Positions 11,721-24,200 of a DNA stretch of 64,000 nt are shown piece after piece. Position numbers and translations under genes: made by a program. How positions within the stretch are numbered: position 1 is the stretch's first letter; each line of letters opens with the position of its first letter. Below the pieces are notes generated by a model. The model made no database searches, was not told where the DNA came from, and saw only the letters and a program-made list of their open reading frames with translations. The DNA is from Trichodelitschia bisporula (Eukaryota): positions 124,001 to 188,000 of the forward strand of contig ML996692.1 in assembly GCA_010356995.1 (NCBI GenBank), given 5' to 3'.

Positions 11721-12626
11721 CTAGTAGAAAGTAGAAGGCCGGCTGGCCGAGAAGATCTTCCGGGTAGATGCCTTGGCGACACGGTGGGGCAGAGGGAACG
11801 ACAGCTTCTTGGTGAGGAGCTGCTTGATGTACGGGCGGCGGATGTCGTCGGCCTTCTCGATCTCGACGACCTTCAGGATCTGCGGGGTGTCAGCAGTACT
11901 CCCAAAAAATGGCTATGGTGTAACGTACCTGAACCGACCGGAAGCGGGCACGGTGACGGGCAGCCATATCCTGGTACAGCGTGTCGACGGCCTCTGTCCG
12001 GGACATCTCACGGTACTCCTTGTACATGTTGTGGGTGCCGGAGCGCGAGTCGTAGCGGATCCAGATGCCGAAGTTCTTGACCTTCTGGGGGCGCTTCTCG
12101 TGGATCTGAGCCGGTTAGCTATCAACCATCGCCCACATCTAAGCAGCCGTACCTGGTTCAGGCTGACGATCTCGCCGTTCGCCTTCTTGATCTTCCGGAG
12201 CTTGCCGAGGAAGTACCAGAAACGCGACTTGGCAACCACATCGTTCGGCGCAAAGATGCGCATGCGGTACAGCTTAGGCGTGGGGTTCGCCTCGCTCGGC
12301 AGATGCCGGCCCACAACCTGGTATTCCTGGAGACGGCCTGCGAAAAGGTTAGATCATGATCTGGTAATGTCGAGACGGCGGTGGAGAGCATCGCGGCGGG
12401 TGACGGTGAGGGGTGGTGGGTATCGGGCTGGCGTCGTAGCTGCATTGCCACTCTACCCAAAAACGGTGTTCCGATGAATCCATCTCTGTCTCTAAACGCA
12501 TAAGGTCGAACAGTCGCCCACTCCTACTCCCCTACAGCCATATTGAAGTTGTGTGTGTGCACAGCGCGACGTCATTGTGATGCTCTCCACTCGACGGCGT
12601 AAAGAAAAATGAAGGTGCTTACCCAT
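11721..12626 (-). CDS. RPL20: 60S ribosomal protein eL20 (L20/L18a)
   Basis: Exons 12626-12623, 12337-12153, 12105-11929 and 11879-11721 give 174 aa: [15 protein letters not shown]...[21 protein letters not shown]...[16 protein letters not shown]...FPLPHRV...RPSTFY*. Confidence 0.97.
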
Positions 12627-13027
12627 CTATGGAATGTTAGCAGTTGCTCCGAATATATGGGCGACGGTATGAAGCGTACCTTTTTTGTCGGAGTTGTCGT
12701 TGAAGATGGAGAGGAATCGACGGGTTGGAGTTGGGGAAGTGTAGAATTCGAGTGTCTTCTTGGCTGTGTGTTCGGCAAGCGAAGACGCGCTAGTCCCTAT
12801 CGGGCATGGCGGGGGACCGCTCATCATGGTGCTTGGCGCTTTCATGGCTCTCGAACATCAAGTGCGCGTGCGACCAACAACAATCTCCGACTGCACTCTC
12901 ACTTCTCGTAATCACGAATTTTTCTGTAACCCGAGCTGACAGTTTACTCGAAGACTTGATCGAGGAACTTGCCAACCTGTCGATTTCTGGATCTTAGCTG
13001 TTTGCTCCTCCTTCAGGCATCTCCAAG

Positions 13028-14557
13028 ATGGAGGTGGTGCTTGGTCTGTTCAAGCGTGGAATGATAGAACAGAATGGCCATATGGTTGCAGATGCCTTAA
13101 CGCCCATCGCACCTCCGAGAGACACAGGAAGACTATATGCCTTCTACCGGGCCTCCAGCGCCTTCAGTATCCAGGCCGACCTGCGGCATGAGATCGTCTA
13201 CTCTAGCGACATTCACCTCAACAAGGCGGAGTCGAATGCCTGGATCGATGTTTTTGTTGCCTACTGGAAAGCCGTCGGGGCGCTACTGGCTACGGAGGAG
13301 GCAACTAACCAGGGAAAGGCCCAGGATGCGGAGTGGGGAAAGGCATATGAGCAATGGAAGGAGATGGTGAATGCGCTCATCCGGGGGTATACCACCAACG
13401 TGTTTCCGCCGTGGACGCTTCCCTGTCTCTACACTGCTGGGAAGTATCTCCGGAACCTCGCCATCAAGGCCGACGAACAGACGCGCAAGTCGACTGGGAA
13501 TGTGACGTACAACGAAGGCTTCCAGGACGATGTTGTCAGTTCGATCGGCAAGAACGACAGTCTCCAGGATGCGGCCCGGCAGATCAACCGTATCTTCAGT
13601 CTCTGTATCAGCGACCGGTGGGTTAACACCGGCTCTTGTACGAATACATACTGATCAGACAGGGCTCCGCTTGAAGAGTCAAGGAAATGGGGCGTCTACT
13701 ACATCTCGAACCTCCTGTTCAAAATATACTTCAAGGTATATTGATTCATCCGGTTCCAGTCATCAGTACTGACAAGCCAGCTCAACTCGATCAGCCTATG
13801 CAAGAACATCCTCCGTTCCCTCCAAGTCTCCCAATCAGACATGCCGCCCTTTGAAGGCTTCCCCAAGTCCCACCAAGTAACCTTCCGGTACTACGCCGGC
13901 GTAATCCACTTCCTCGACGAAGACTACAAAACAGCCGAAGACTACCTCACCAAAGCCCTCACCGCCTGCCACCGCACCGCCCACAAGAACCAAGAACTAA
14001 TCCTCACCTACCTAATCCCCTGCCGCCTCCTCACAGCCTCCCAACTCCCCACCCCCACCGTCCTCGCCCAATTCCCACACCTAGAGGCCCTCTTCACCCC
14101 CCTCATAACCGCCATGAAGCAAGGCAACCTCGCCGCCTTCGACGCCGCCCTCGTCGCCGGCGAACCCGCCTTCATCAAGCGCCGCATCTACCTCACCCTT
14201 GAGCGCGGCCGCGACATGGTCCTGCGCAACCTGCTCCGCAAAGTCTTCATCGCCGGCGGCTTCGAGCCCGTCAAGGAAGGCGCAGCTGACGCGTCGCGTG
14301 TGCGCCGGACGCGTATTCCGGTCAAGGAGTTTTGGGCGGCTGTCCGCCTAAGCTCGGGACCGGTGGCGGGCGAGCATCTTGAGGTCGATGAGGTGGAGTG
14401 CATGCTTGCGAATCTGATTTACAAGGTGAGTCGTACTTCCCCTACTGTCGGCACGTGCTGATCGAGATAGGGCTTTATCAAGGGCTACATTAGCCGCGAG
14501 TTCGGCAAGGTGGTCTTGAGCAAGAATAACCAGGCGTTTCCCGGGACGGGAGTCTAG
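13028..14557 (+). CDS. CSN12: PCI-domain protein Csn12 / PCID2-like
   Basis: CISDR|APLEESRKWGVYYISNLLFKIYFK|LNSISLCKNILR, KSHQVTFRYYAG, EVECMLANLIYK|GFIKGYISRE...AFPGTGV*. Three short introns (~13618-13662, 13736-13780, 14426-14470). Divergent from RPL20. Confidence 0.9.
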
Positions 14558-15942
14558 GCTAGCTTTATGTATGCACAAGGCTACATAAGTTCGCTATCAT
14601 CATACCCCAGCATGACGAATCGAACACGTCGAGCCCGTGCCCCGGCTGTGCACCACCTACCGTAACCCCCCGGCTAGGCGGGCGGCCTCTCTGATGTATT
14701 CTTCCTAAGCTCAATCCCTGCTAGGCCGTACGAATCGTCCCCCGGCGCAGTATCGCGGTATCACATCCCAACGGGCCACCGCCACTACCATTCGGAACAC
14801 ATGCCATCCCCGTCGCTCATCACACCTTCTGCCCCCCCTCTCCGCTTCAGATTCCCCTCCGAAACAAAAGCAAAGTTCTATTCACACCCCATCTCCCCCC
14901 TAAGCCCCCCCGTCCCATCCTCAGCCCGATCGCCTCTACCCTGCCCGCTCCCCCTCCGCCTTAGCACCTTGATAATCGTCCCCCATCCTCCGCCACCCCT
15001 CCGCCACGCAGTGACTCATACGCCCCTCCCCATCCCACAGCCCGGCACCCCTTGCCTCGCCACCGCCCACTCTAGCCCAGCAACCCGGCCCGTCGGGCCC
15101 GCGATCTGTGTCCCGGGGCAAACGGCCTCAACCCTTTTCCTTCTCCAAACGCCCCCTCCGCCCCCGCCCACCTCATCCTCCCTTTTCGGACCCCGCCCGC
15201 GTGGGTAAGGGGTGGCAAAGTTGCCGTTAGTTTAGAGTTGAGCGTGGAGTGGAATACGGCGCGGAGATCAACTTGGCTAGTTCACGGTTCACGGCAAATC
15301 GCGATGTAATAAAGAGTGGTCTTGTTTTCGTAATATGTGCACGAAATGCAACTGTCCCCCTTCCTCCACCAATATCTTCTTCTTCTGCTGCCAAAGGCAG
15401 ATAAGTATGTACAATCAAGTCAAAGAGTGCGCGAGGCGTGTCGAAAACCGCGACAGAAGCAGCACAAGTCGCAAATATCCCCGATACAAAATTCCCAGCA
15501 GTAAGATAAACTGCCCCAATTTATCTCCATCAAAAACTACTCCCAGCAAAAAAAAAGATCGCGCCCATCTTTTTTGGGGTTTGGTGATCTTGAAAGGAAA
15601 CAGGCCGTGCCTGCACTTGGCGGTAGTCCCACCAGGCTGCAGCCTTGCACACACACGCCTACGGCCAGGCGTGGTATGGGGCGAAGATAATGATACACGC
15701 AACGCCTTGTAAAACCCCAAAGCCCAAGATAAAGACCCAGTAGTGCCCCAAAACGCCGGAAGAATACAGTCCATGCCAAAAGGTAAATGTAATATCTACA
15801 AGAACGGCATCGTGACGAGGCTGTGATCAGAAAATGCGCGAATAAAAAAAAATGCTAGCATCGTAGACATGAACGAGAGTACGAATGCAAGGCTAACAAT
15901 CACACCAAAGCAGACAGGCAGTCATGAGCGCAACACCGCAGC

Positions 15943-16922
15943 CTAATAAGGCGACTTGACACCCGCCAAATCATCCTAAAACGGTCAGCACGATATCGCG
16001 CAAGGCAGCCGCAAAACGCACCATGTGATTCACCATCGCAACGAACAAGTCAAAGAACAGCTTCCCACCGGCCTCCATCTCGACCTGCATCGTTCCGCTA
16101 CGCTTGAACGTGTGCCTGCTGCGGATGATAAGCGCAAGGTAGTGCGCACGCAGCTTCGAGTCGTCGTCCGGCGTGTGCGCGTACGCGTACCGCGCCGACG
16201 TCAGGATGGTGCTGCACTGGATGCCGCTTTGCAGACCTTGCTTGCGGAGGGCGAGGCGTTGAAGCTCAGGGAGTCCGTACTTTTCTGCCGTGCACTGAAG
16301 GGGTCAGATAGGTAGGGCAGGATGGGAAAGGACTTACGTAGATGACCGTATCCTTGAGCACGACCACGCCCACGCCGTTGACGAACAAAGTGCTCTCCAC
16401 CGTGCCCTGGCGCACCTCGCTCGTCCCGTCCTCGAGCTGCCAGCTGTGCCGCCGCTTGTCGTACTCCAGCCGTGGGTAGTAGTCCCCTTTGTACAGGTAC
16501 TCGAGGACGGAGGAGAAGATCTCCGGCTCGTCGTCGGGGAGGTCGATGCGGCGCGTCGTTTCGAAGAACTGTGAGCGGCATAGGGCGGCCAGGTAGGGGC
16601 TGTGGCTCAACACGTCTTCATGGGCGGCAAAGAGGCGCTGCTCGCGGCCGATACAGAGGGTGACGATGGCGCTGACGAGGGACCTGGCGGGTTAAATGGG
16701 AGAAGATGAGATTGTGGAGGGGGGGACGAACGGAGACACTTGAGCAGCCGCGGCCTGTTGTTGCTGCTGGGCGTGTTGGAGCTGCTCAGCAGCGGCCTCT
16801 TCATACCGCCGGTTGGAAGACGAAGAGGGCGCGCGGAAGGAAGTGCGCTGCTTCTTGGACTTGCTGGCACGATGCTTCGAAAAGCTATCGTTGGTCCGCT
16901 GGGTGCGACTCGAGCTGAACAT
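15943..16922 (-). CDS. Conserved fungal BTB/POZ-domain protein
   Basis: Spliced product SAIVTLCIGREQRLFAAHEDVLSHSPYL...IDLPDDEPEIFSSVLEYLYKGDYYPRL...TVIY|CTAEKYGLPELQRLALRKQG...FFDLFVAMVNHM|DDLAGVKSPY*; three short introns. Confidence 0.88.
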
Positions 16923-18295
16923 TTTTTGCTGATGGAATCCGATGGAAACGCGACAGAAACAGCAACAAAAAGGACGAGAGGCACAAGAGACTTAAGAAGG
17001 ACCAGCCGGCGTACGGGTACTTAAATAGGCCACAGAAACTGGGATGGCGAACCGACGACCTCAGGCAACACTGCTGGCGACGAAGCGAGGATGTTGGGCG
17101 GGCGATGAGAAAAGCGGCCTCAAGCACCGGGAAGAAGGGGACTAATATACCAACGGCCTCAGAGAGCCGGGGCCTACGGGACACGCACCCAGGACACACA
17201 TTCACACGGATTCCCCGGTGCAAAGCAAGCAAGTAACTTGTCCATCGCTGAGCCACCATGGCGTTGAAGACGCGTTGATTGGACGCGTCGGGGGGGCCTC
17301 GCGATATTGGCGCGCTCTCACGGGATAGGCCTCCATGGCTCCGCGGCCCATTACATGCCCTAAAGCGGAAAGGCGCGTGTGTGCTCGGAGGGGGGTGGAA
17401 CGAAAGGCGACAAGGGTCGGCCGTGTTTCACGGCTCCGACGGTGGCCAAAGCGGGGAGTCAGGCTTGGGCGGGGGGCGTTTGATGGCTTGAGCTGTGCTG
17501 TTGAGTGCTGGGGGAAAAGAAAAATGGAGTGAGGGGTGGTCTGGAGCGACTCGTGGGCGGGCGAGTACATCCGTAGGCAACTGCGTATAATATTTACAGT
17601 CAGCGATAGAGCAAATATAGCACGAACACATGGCAGATGGAAAACTCAGATTCATTCGATGGCTAAAGGACAATTGATGGAAGCATTTCATCCCGAGGGA
17701 TGGTCGTTGGAAGCAAGCGGGATGGATGAGACGAGAAGGAAAAGCAAGGAGAGCTTGAAGGAGTGGGTCCGTGCCTGCGTGCAGCTCTTGGCATTCTCCT
17801 TGCTCCGAGAGGCTTGGCACCTGCATTCATCCCTGCTTTCCTGTGCTGACCCGGAGCTAGTCCTAATACGGTATCGGCCAGGAACCGACGATCCGAACAG
17901 CCTGGGACTTGCCCCGCTCCTTCAACGCCTATCGTGATAAGACTTTGCCTTCGTGCCTTGCGATGCTCTCTCTGTGTGCTCCTTGTGCTTGACTTCATCT
18001 TATCGGTTTTGATAAGAGTCCTCGTGCCATTAACAGAGGCGTCGAATATCAAGGCGGTCGCACACCAGCAGCCTCAGATGAAAATGGACTCAGTTGTACA
18101 GGCTAACCCCGGAATGGGATATATATATACACGCGCTCTATCCAACTCAATACCCCCCCTTCCACTCCTCAGGCCCTACTCCACCTCTAATGCAATATCG
18201 CCCTGATGCTAATGCTAATAGAGAGGCTGAAAAATCGCCCATCCGGACCAAGGAAACAGGAAAACGGCGGACTAGTGTACAAATGCTTCTTACCC

Positions 18296-21200
18296 TCAAT
18301 GCGCATCCGACGCATTGTGCACCTCACTCAACGTACTCGGTACATAACGACTCGGGGTGCTCACCCGACTAGCCTTCCCCTCCTTCTCCCTCATGCGCGC
18401 AGCAAAACTCAACCGCTCTGAATGCGTCCTCCCCACTCCCGCACTCGGGCCTCCAACTTGCACCCTCCCCTCATCGCCCGGCAACATCGCGCTGGGCGGA
18501 ACAGGCACCCTCTCACTCGCCCCAGCAGCCGACTCCTCATACACACTCGTAAAACTCGTAGCCGCAGTCCTCGCGCCGGGCCGTTGTCTTCCATCGCCCT
18601 TCACCCACGGCGCCCTGGGGTGCGCCATCTTCTCCAGCTGTGCATCCACAACCTCAGCATACGTCCGGGCCGGTGCGGCAACCGCATTGCGCACGTCCGG
18701 CGGAATCGGCACGTCCAACGTCGGCACCCCGTACGACTCATACCGCGCCTTGCCCACCCACAGCATCTGCTCGTGCTCGCGCAAGTAGCGCTCACCACTG
18801 AAAGACGTTTGCACGATCTCGCGCGCCATCATGCCTAACGCACGGCGCTGATCCGTCTTCGCATACATCCGCGTCGTGATGATGTCCACGTCTTTGCGGG
18901 TGGGGTTGATAGGCAGGACCGGAGCGGGATCGCCGGGTTCGTCGTTGGCGTATTTGGACCATTGGCCGAGCATGGCGAGGAGATTGATTTGCGCGCGTGC
19001 GAGGCTGAGCGGGTCGTTCGGTGCGACGATCTCGCTGTATCGCTCGTTGCTCTCTGGATGCGTCAAGACGCGCAGGGAGGCGCCGACGTCGGTACAGACG
19101 ACGGGTGCTCCCGTGAGGGCGGCTTCGCCAAGCGCCAGTGGCAACCCTTCGGACACGGAAGAGTTGAGAAAGAGCCATGTCTTGGAGAGCACGACACCTG
19201 GATCGCCTGACCCGCGCAGCGTAACGTTTGGCGCAAGACCCTTGGTCGCGATGATTTCTTGGCATTCCGACGAGTAGATGGGTGCCTTGTTGAGTGCGCC
19301 GTAGATGTCGAGATGGTATTCGTCGAAGCCCCATTGGTTGACGATGACGTCGGCAGCGAGGAGCGCTGTCTTGATATCCTTTGCAAACCACACGTGCGAA
19401 AGCATAGTGACGGTGGGCTTGGTTGTCGTGATTTTCGTGACAGGCGCAAACTTTTGCATGTCCGTGATGCCGTTGACCACGGGGTCGATCTTCCGCTTGA
19501 AGACATTGCGATGCTCCACGGTCCCTTGCGATGTACCGATTTCGGTTTCCCAGCCGGGGTTGAAGAAGTCGGCGCCTGAGTGTTTAGCACAAAACTGATA
19601 TTAGGAACAGAGAGAACCTACATGGCAAGATATGGTCCGCATGGTGTAGTGTCAGCATCGAAGTCAACCGCATCAAGCCGAGCAGCGAGTTCCGGATGAA
19701 GGGCGGGAGGGTGCAAAGCGCTGACGACAGGTACAGATTCGTCTCGCGCCAACTGATTGCATGGTCCCAGATCTGGAGCACGCAATTGCGCTTAATCTTG
19801 CAGACAATACCATACGCGGCCGAGACGCTGTGGTGAGAGGCCTGGAAAACGGCAGGGACCCGCTCGGGAATGGGGATTGAAAAGATGAAGAGATACCGGA
19901 ACCACAGCTCGAGCGCGGAGTCGAGATGGCCAAGTGTAGGCCTCTCCGTGTCAAACCACTCTGACGGCGGCTTCGTGTTGGGGATGTCGTCCGCGAGCCA
20001 GAGTTGCCGCCAGCTCTCCTTGACCGTGTCGCTTTCCCACACCTCCTTCCAGTGGCGCGAGTCTTGGAAGTAGGTGTTGAGATTGACCAAGGCGCGGGTA
20101 GCTTGCTTGACATCCGCGTCGGAGAGCGTGATTGCACGAGCGCCCTTGACCAGTGCCGTCAGGGTGGGGACAAAGTTACGCTTGATGTCCTCACGCGTCG
20201 CATCCTTGATGAGATGGTCGACTTCGCTGTCCAACTTGTTGAAGAACATGCCGTGGACGGGGTGCATGAAGTCGAGACCCCATAGCGGAATAACCTTGAG
20301 CGACTCGACATTTTCCTGCGTCTGGTGCTTGGGCAACCCGAAGTCATTTGCCGACTCCACGACCATGTTCCACCGGATGGTGCGCAGATTGTTGATCAAG
20401 TCTCGACGGCAGGCCGACACACCACCGCCCTCGTTAGGCCAGGTACCAGTGTCAACGGCGATGACGTGGAGAGTGTCCTCGGTATCTGGCTGCAGCATCT
20501 TTGTGCGAGTGTAGACGACTGCATCACCACCTTGACCGAAGCTGAAGAGATCGCTGAGACGAATGGCGAGCGGAGTCCACGCAGAAATATCGTTAGACAG
20601 CTCAGAGCTGGCCATGATGGTATCTGCATGAAGCGCAAGGTAGTCCTCGGCTTTATCCAGCGCGCCGCGGTCCCGCTTCCTCCAGTATGGCTTGAGCATC
20701 GAATCTTCGCGGAGCAGACGCTCATCAAGCCAGCGAATGACCACACCATCAATGTCTGCTCGCTTCTTCCAAATCTTCCACAGCTGCGAGCGCTTCTGCG
20801 AAGTTGACGAGGGGAGCACCTTGGCATTATACCGAAACAGTTGGCTGAAGTAGCCGGTCTTGATCGAGGGGAAGCTAAGCAAAGGGTTGTCGATGAGAAA
20901 GGTGCAGCCGTCGGGCTTTTTGAGAAGGCCGAGCCAGTCATGTCGAATCATCTCTGGAGTCTCGACCTGCACCCCGTTGAGCTTGGTCTGGATCACGGGA
21001 TGGTACTGATGGTTGTAGACCCAAAGACACTCGTACACATCCGAGTTCTGGACGAACGTAGCTTCTTGAACACGGGAGTGAGGAATCCACCGCTCTGGCT
21101 TCTCGGGATGCCGAATGGGAGGTGCCGCCCACGAGACGTTAGCGGAGAGATGCGGCAATACGAATTCGGCCCGCAGGAGCTCGTCGTCGTATTTTGCATT

Positions 21201-24200
21201 TTTCCGGTAATGGTACTTGAAGCGGACCAGGTTACCATGACGTGTGTAGCACCCAGACTCCACAAAGCCCTTGTGGTTGTACTGAAAAATGGCGTCCTTG
21301 TCAAAGCCGCGGGTGCACGTCCGAGAAAGTGGAATCCGCGTGACCTCATGTTTCGACAGCTTGGACTTGCGAGTTTTGGCGTTCTCCGAGTACTTGTAGA
21401 CAAACTCGTTAAGCGGTCTGCCGTCCTCAAACTCTTCTCTGGCCATCAGACGCATGTCCTTAGAGTAGGTGTTGACAGCGAGCACCTGCCCGTCCCGCGG
21501 CTCCTTTTCGTGGATTCCAGAGTAGTAAAACAGCTTGAACGAGCCCTCGCCTCCCTGGTGTATGAATGCTGTCATGTTCCCTTGGTAGGCTTGAATCGTG
21601 AGCCTGCCTTGCTTGAGCGTGATAAACTTGCCACGCAAGCTTTTCCACGTCTTCGCAAGGTCGGCGCGGCCTTTGAAAATGAACCAGGGCAAGATGATGG
21701 ATTGGACATGACGTGAGTATATCCAGATAAACGGCAGCACATATCTGGAGATGCGAGTGAGTGGACCAGACCGCTGAATCACGCAGTTGAGCTCGCGCTG
21801 ATATTCGGGATCAGCAATTGGCGCAATGGCAAGAAACTTGACCCAGATGAGGAGACTCCGTTGAACCATCCCAAGTGGAACTTTGATCTTGTCGAAAACG
21901 CGGCCGAAGAATGCCTTTTCGGTCACGATGTTGTGTTTCTCCTTCAGCCACTGAAAATCTTCCTGGACATCCGTGATGATGCTCTTCTCGTGGTTGAGTT
22001 TAGCCGACTGCTTGCGGAAGTAGTTGAACTTGTGCACTGCTAGGATTGCTCCGAGGTCGTATCGGGCGGTACGGGTCTCAAGTGCGCACCCAGCTTCCCC
22101 ACTCAGCTGTTCTTCCAGCCAGTTCCATTCTATATCGCCAATGGAGCATGGCTCGCCCAGTGCGCGCCTCAAAATCAGTCGCCGAATCTCTAGCGGCATC
22201 AAGTGCCATGTCGTGTCGCAGGGTAGCCCGTAGCAGAGGTACCGGAGGAGCTCACGCCTTGTCTGTGTCAAGAAGGCTTGCTTCTTCTGGACCGTCACCA
22301 CAGCAGGAAGGGCTCGTCGGAGTCGCTCTGGAACTCGAGTAATCTCCTCGTTGACGAAACGGCAGACAAGCAGCGACTCCGAGATCAGCGCGTGTTCATG
22401 ATTGAGCCCGAAGAACGCCTCCCCAACGGCATGGATCAGGGTTTCGGCAATGACGCGACAGTTACTGCCAATATTTGGCTGATCTTCGGTTGAATTGTCC
22501 GAGTCGGGATCGACGAGGATGTGCAGTCTTCCACCGGAATAGTAGCTGATGGCCCGGACATCGGCCTCGGCAGGAATGACTGCGCGCATTGAGGCCAGCT
22601 CCACCACGATCAAACCCCTGTCCCAAGCCAGCACGACCCTTCGCGCCAGATCGGTGACTGCAGGGAAGGCATCCAGTGCGAGTGCCGAAAGCGTGTCCTC
22701 ATTGCAAGAAAGCAGCAGCGATTTGATTTCCGTCCCTGGATGTTCATGAGGGCTGATCGTGAACCGCTTCTCGTGGAGAGTAGTAATCCCCACATAAAAG
22801 GCCTCAAGTTCACTCTGGCTCCACTGCTGGTCAATACCGAGGCCGCAGTACGCATGATATACACTTTGGGACTTCTTCTCCTCGAGAGACTCCTTGGGGG
22901 GGATAGTAATCTTGGCAGTGAAGAGCGAAAGAACGGCTGCGGTCCAAGTTGCCACTGCAAGCGCGACGACTTCGTTGTATGCCCAGCCAGGGTTCACCTT
23001 CTTGAGGATCAGCCCGAGGGGGAGCGCGAGAAGAACGGCAGTAAGGAGCGGCATCATGGCATGCGGGCCTGAGAAGATCTTGTTGTACTGGTAGAGCAAA
23101 AGACCCGAGTAGGCACCGATGTACGCGATGAAAGTGATGAAGGCGGTCCTGTTGCTGTCAAACACCCAAACCAGTGCCGAGCAAAGTGCGAGGGCCCACA
23201 CATGCACGCCGAGGAAACGGAAAAGAGTTCGCCAGTAGAGACGGCGTTTGATCTTCGCGTCGTGAATTTCTGCTGCCCGGATGTACTCCTTTGATTGGAT
23301 AGTGATGGGTGTCGACTCTTGAGCCAGCTGGTGGAGATGCTGCGCCTTGTAGTCGAGCAAGACCGCGCCGATGAGGTAGTAGGCTAGCCCAAAGCCAACT
23401 GCCACCCGGACCGCAGCACCGCAACGTGGACTGGACGTTCCATCGAGGATGTTCTGGTCTGCATTAACTCCGCAATCACCAGCTGTGAGACCGAGAAGTG
23501 GAGTCTTGTAAACCAGCCCGACCCAGCGGTCCATGAGGGCAACCAGAAAGTAGAGGATACCGCAGCCAACCTCGTCGCCGGCATTACGCCAATGGATAAA
23601 GGAGTTATGCAGCCTTATTCCCTTTTGATTTTGCATCAAACTGTCATAGGCCACTCGCACTTCGATGTTCCACGTGGAGCTGTAGGGCATGGGCCTCCTG
23701 ACGTCGGAGAGCCGGCAGTACCAGTTGAGTAAAAAGACTGTAGCATCCCAGCTTTTTGTGAGTTTCTGGACCATCTCGTCTTCCCTGGACTTCCTCCAAA
23801 ATGGCCGCTTGCGTTCCTTCTCGACCGCGTTCGCCAGGTTTTGGCGGGCAAGGCTCATGGCGGCGGGATCAGTCAATCCGTCGAAGGCATTAGGCCTGCC
23901 ATCGGCCATATTGTCAACGTACCACTTCTTGACCGCAGCGTCGTCGACAGTGTATACTTCGGAAAGCCACGTTACCCACCATGACCCAACCGAACGGAGG
24001 CCAATGAAGAGGAGCCCAATGAAGGCATAGAGTATGACAAGGTAGATAACTGTGTCATGCCCTTTGACAAATACAGTCACAAGAGGTGAGGCCAAAAGAG
24101 TGGGGATGAGGCCGATGATGATGGTTCTGCCGTTGAGAAATGAAGAGCCCGGAAACTGGTATGAGGAAAGTGCGGCGAGGACGGAGAGGTATGAAGTGAG

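Noticed and set aside
14801..15208. 135-aa Pro-rich ORF
   Set aside because: Product of C-rich intergenic/UTR composition; no motifs.
19576..19621. Apparent stop/frameshift splitting gtb3
   Set aside because: Explained by a canonical 46-nt intron; not a pseudogene.
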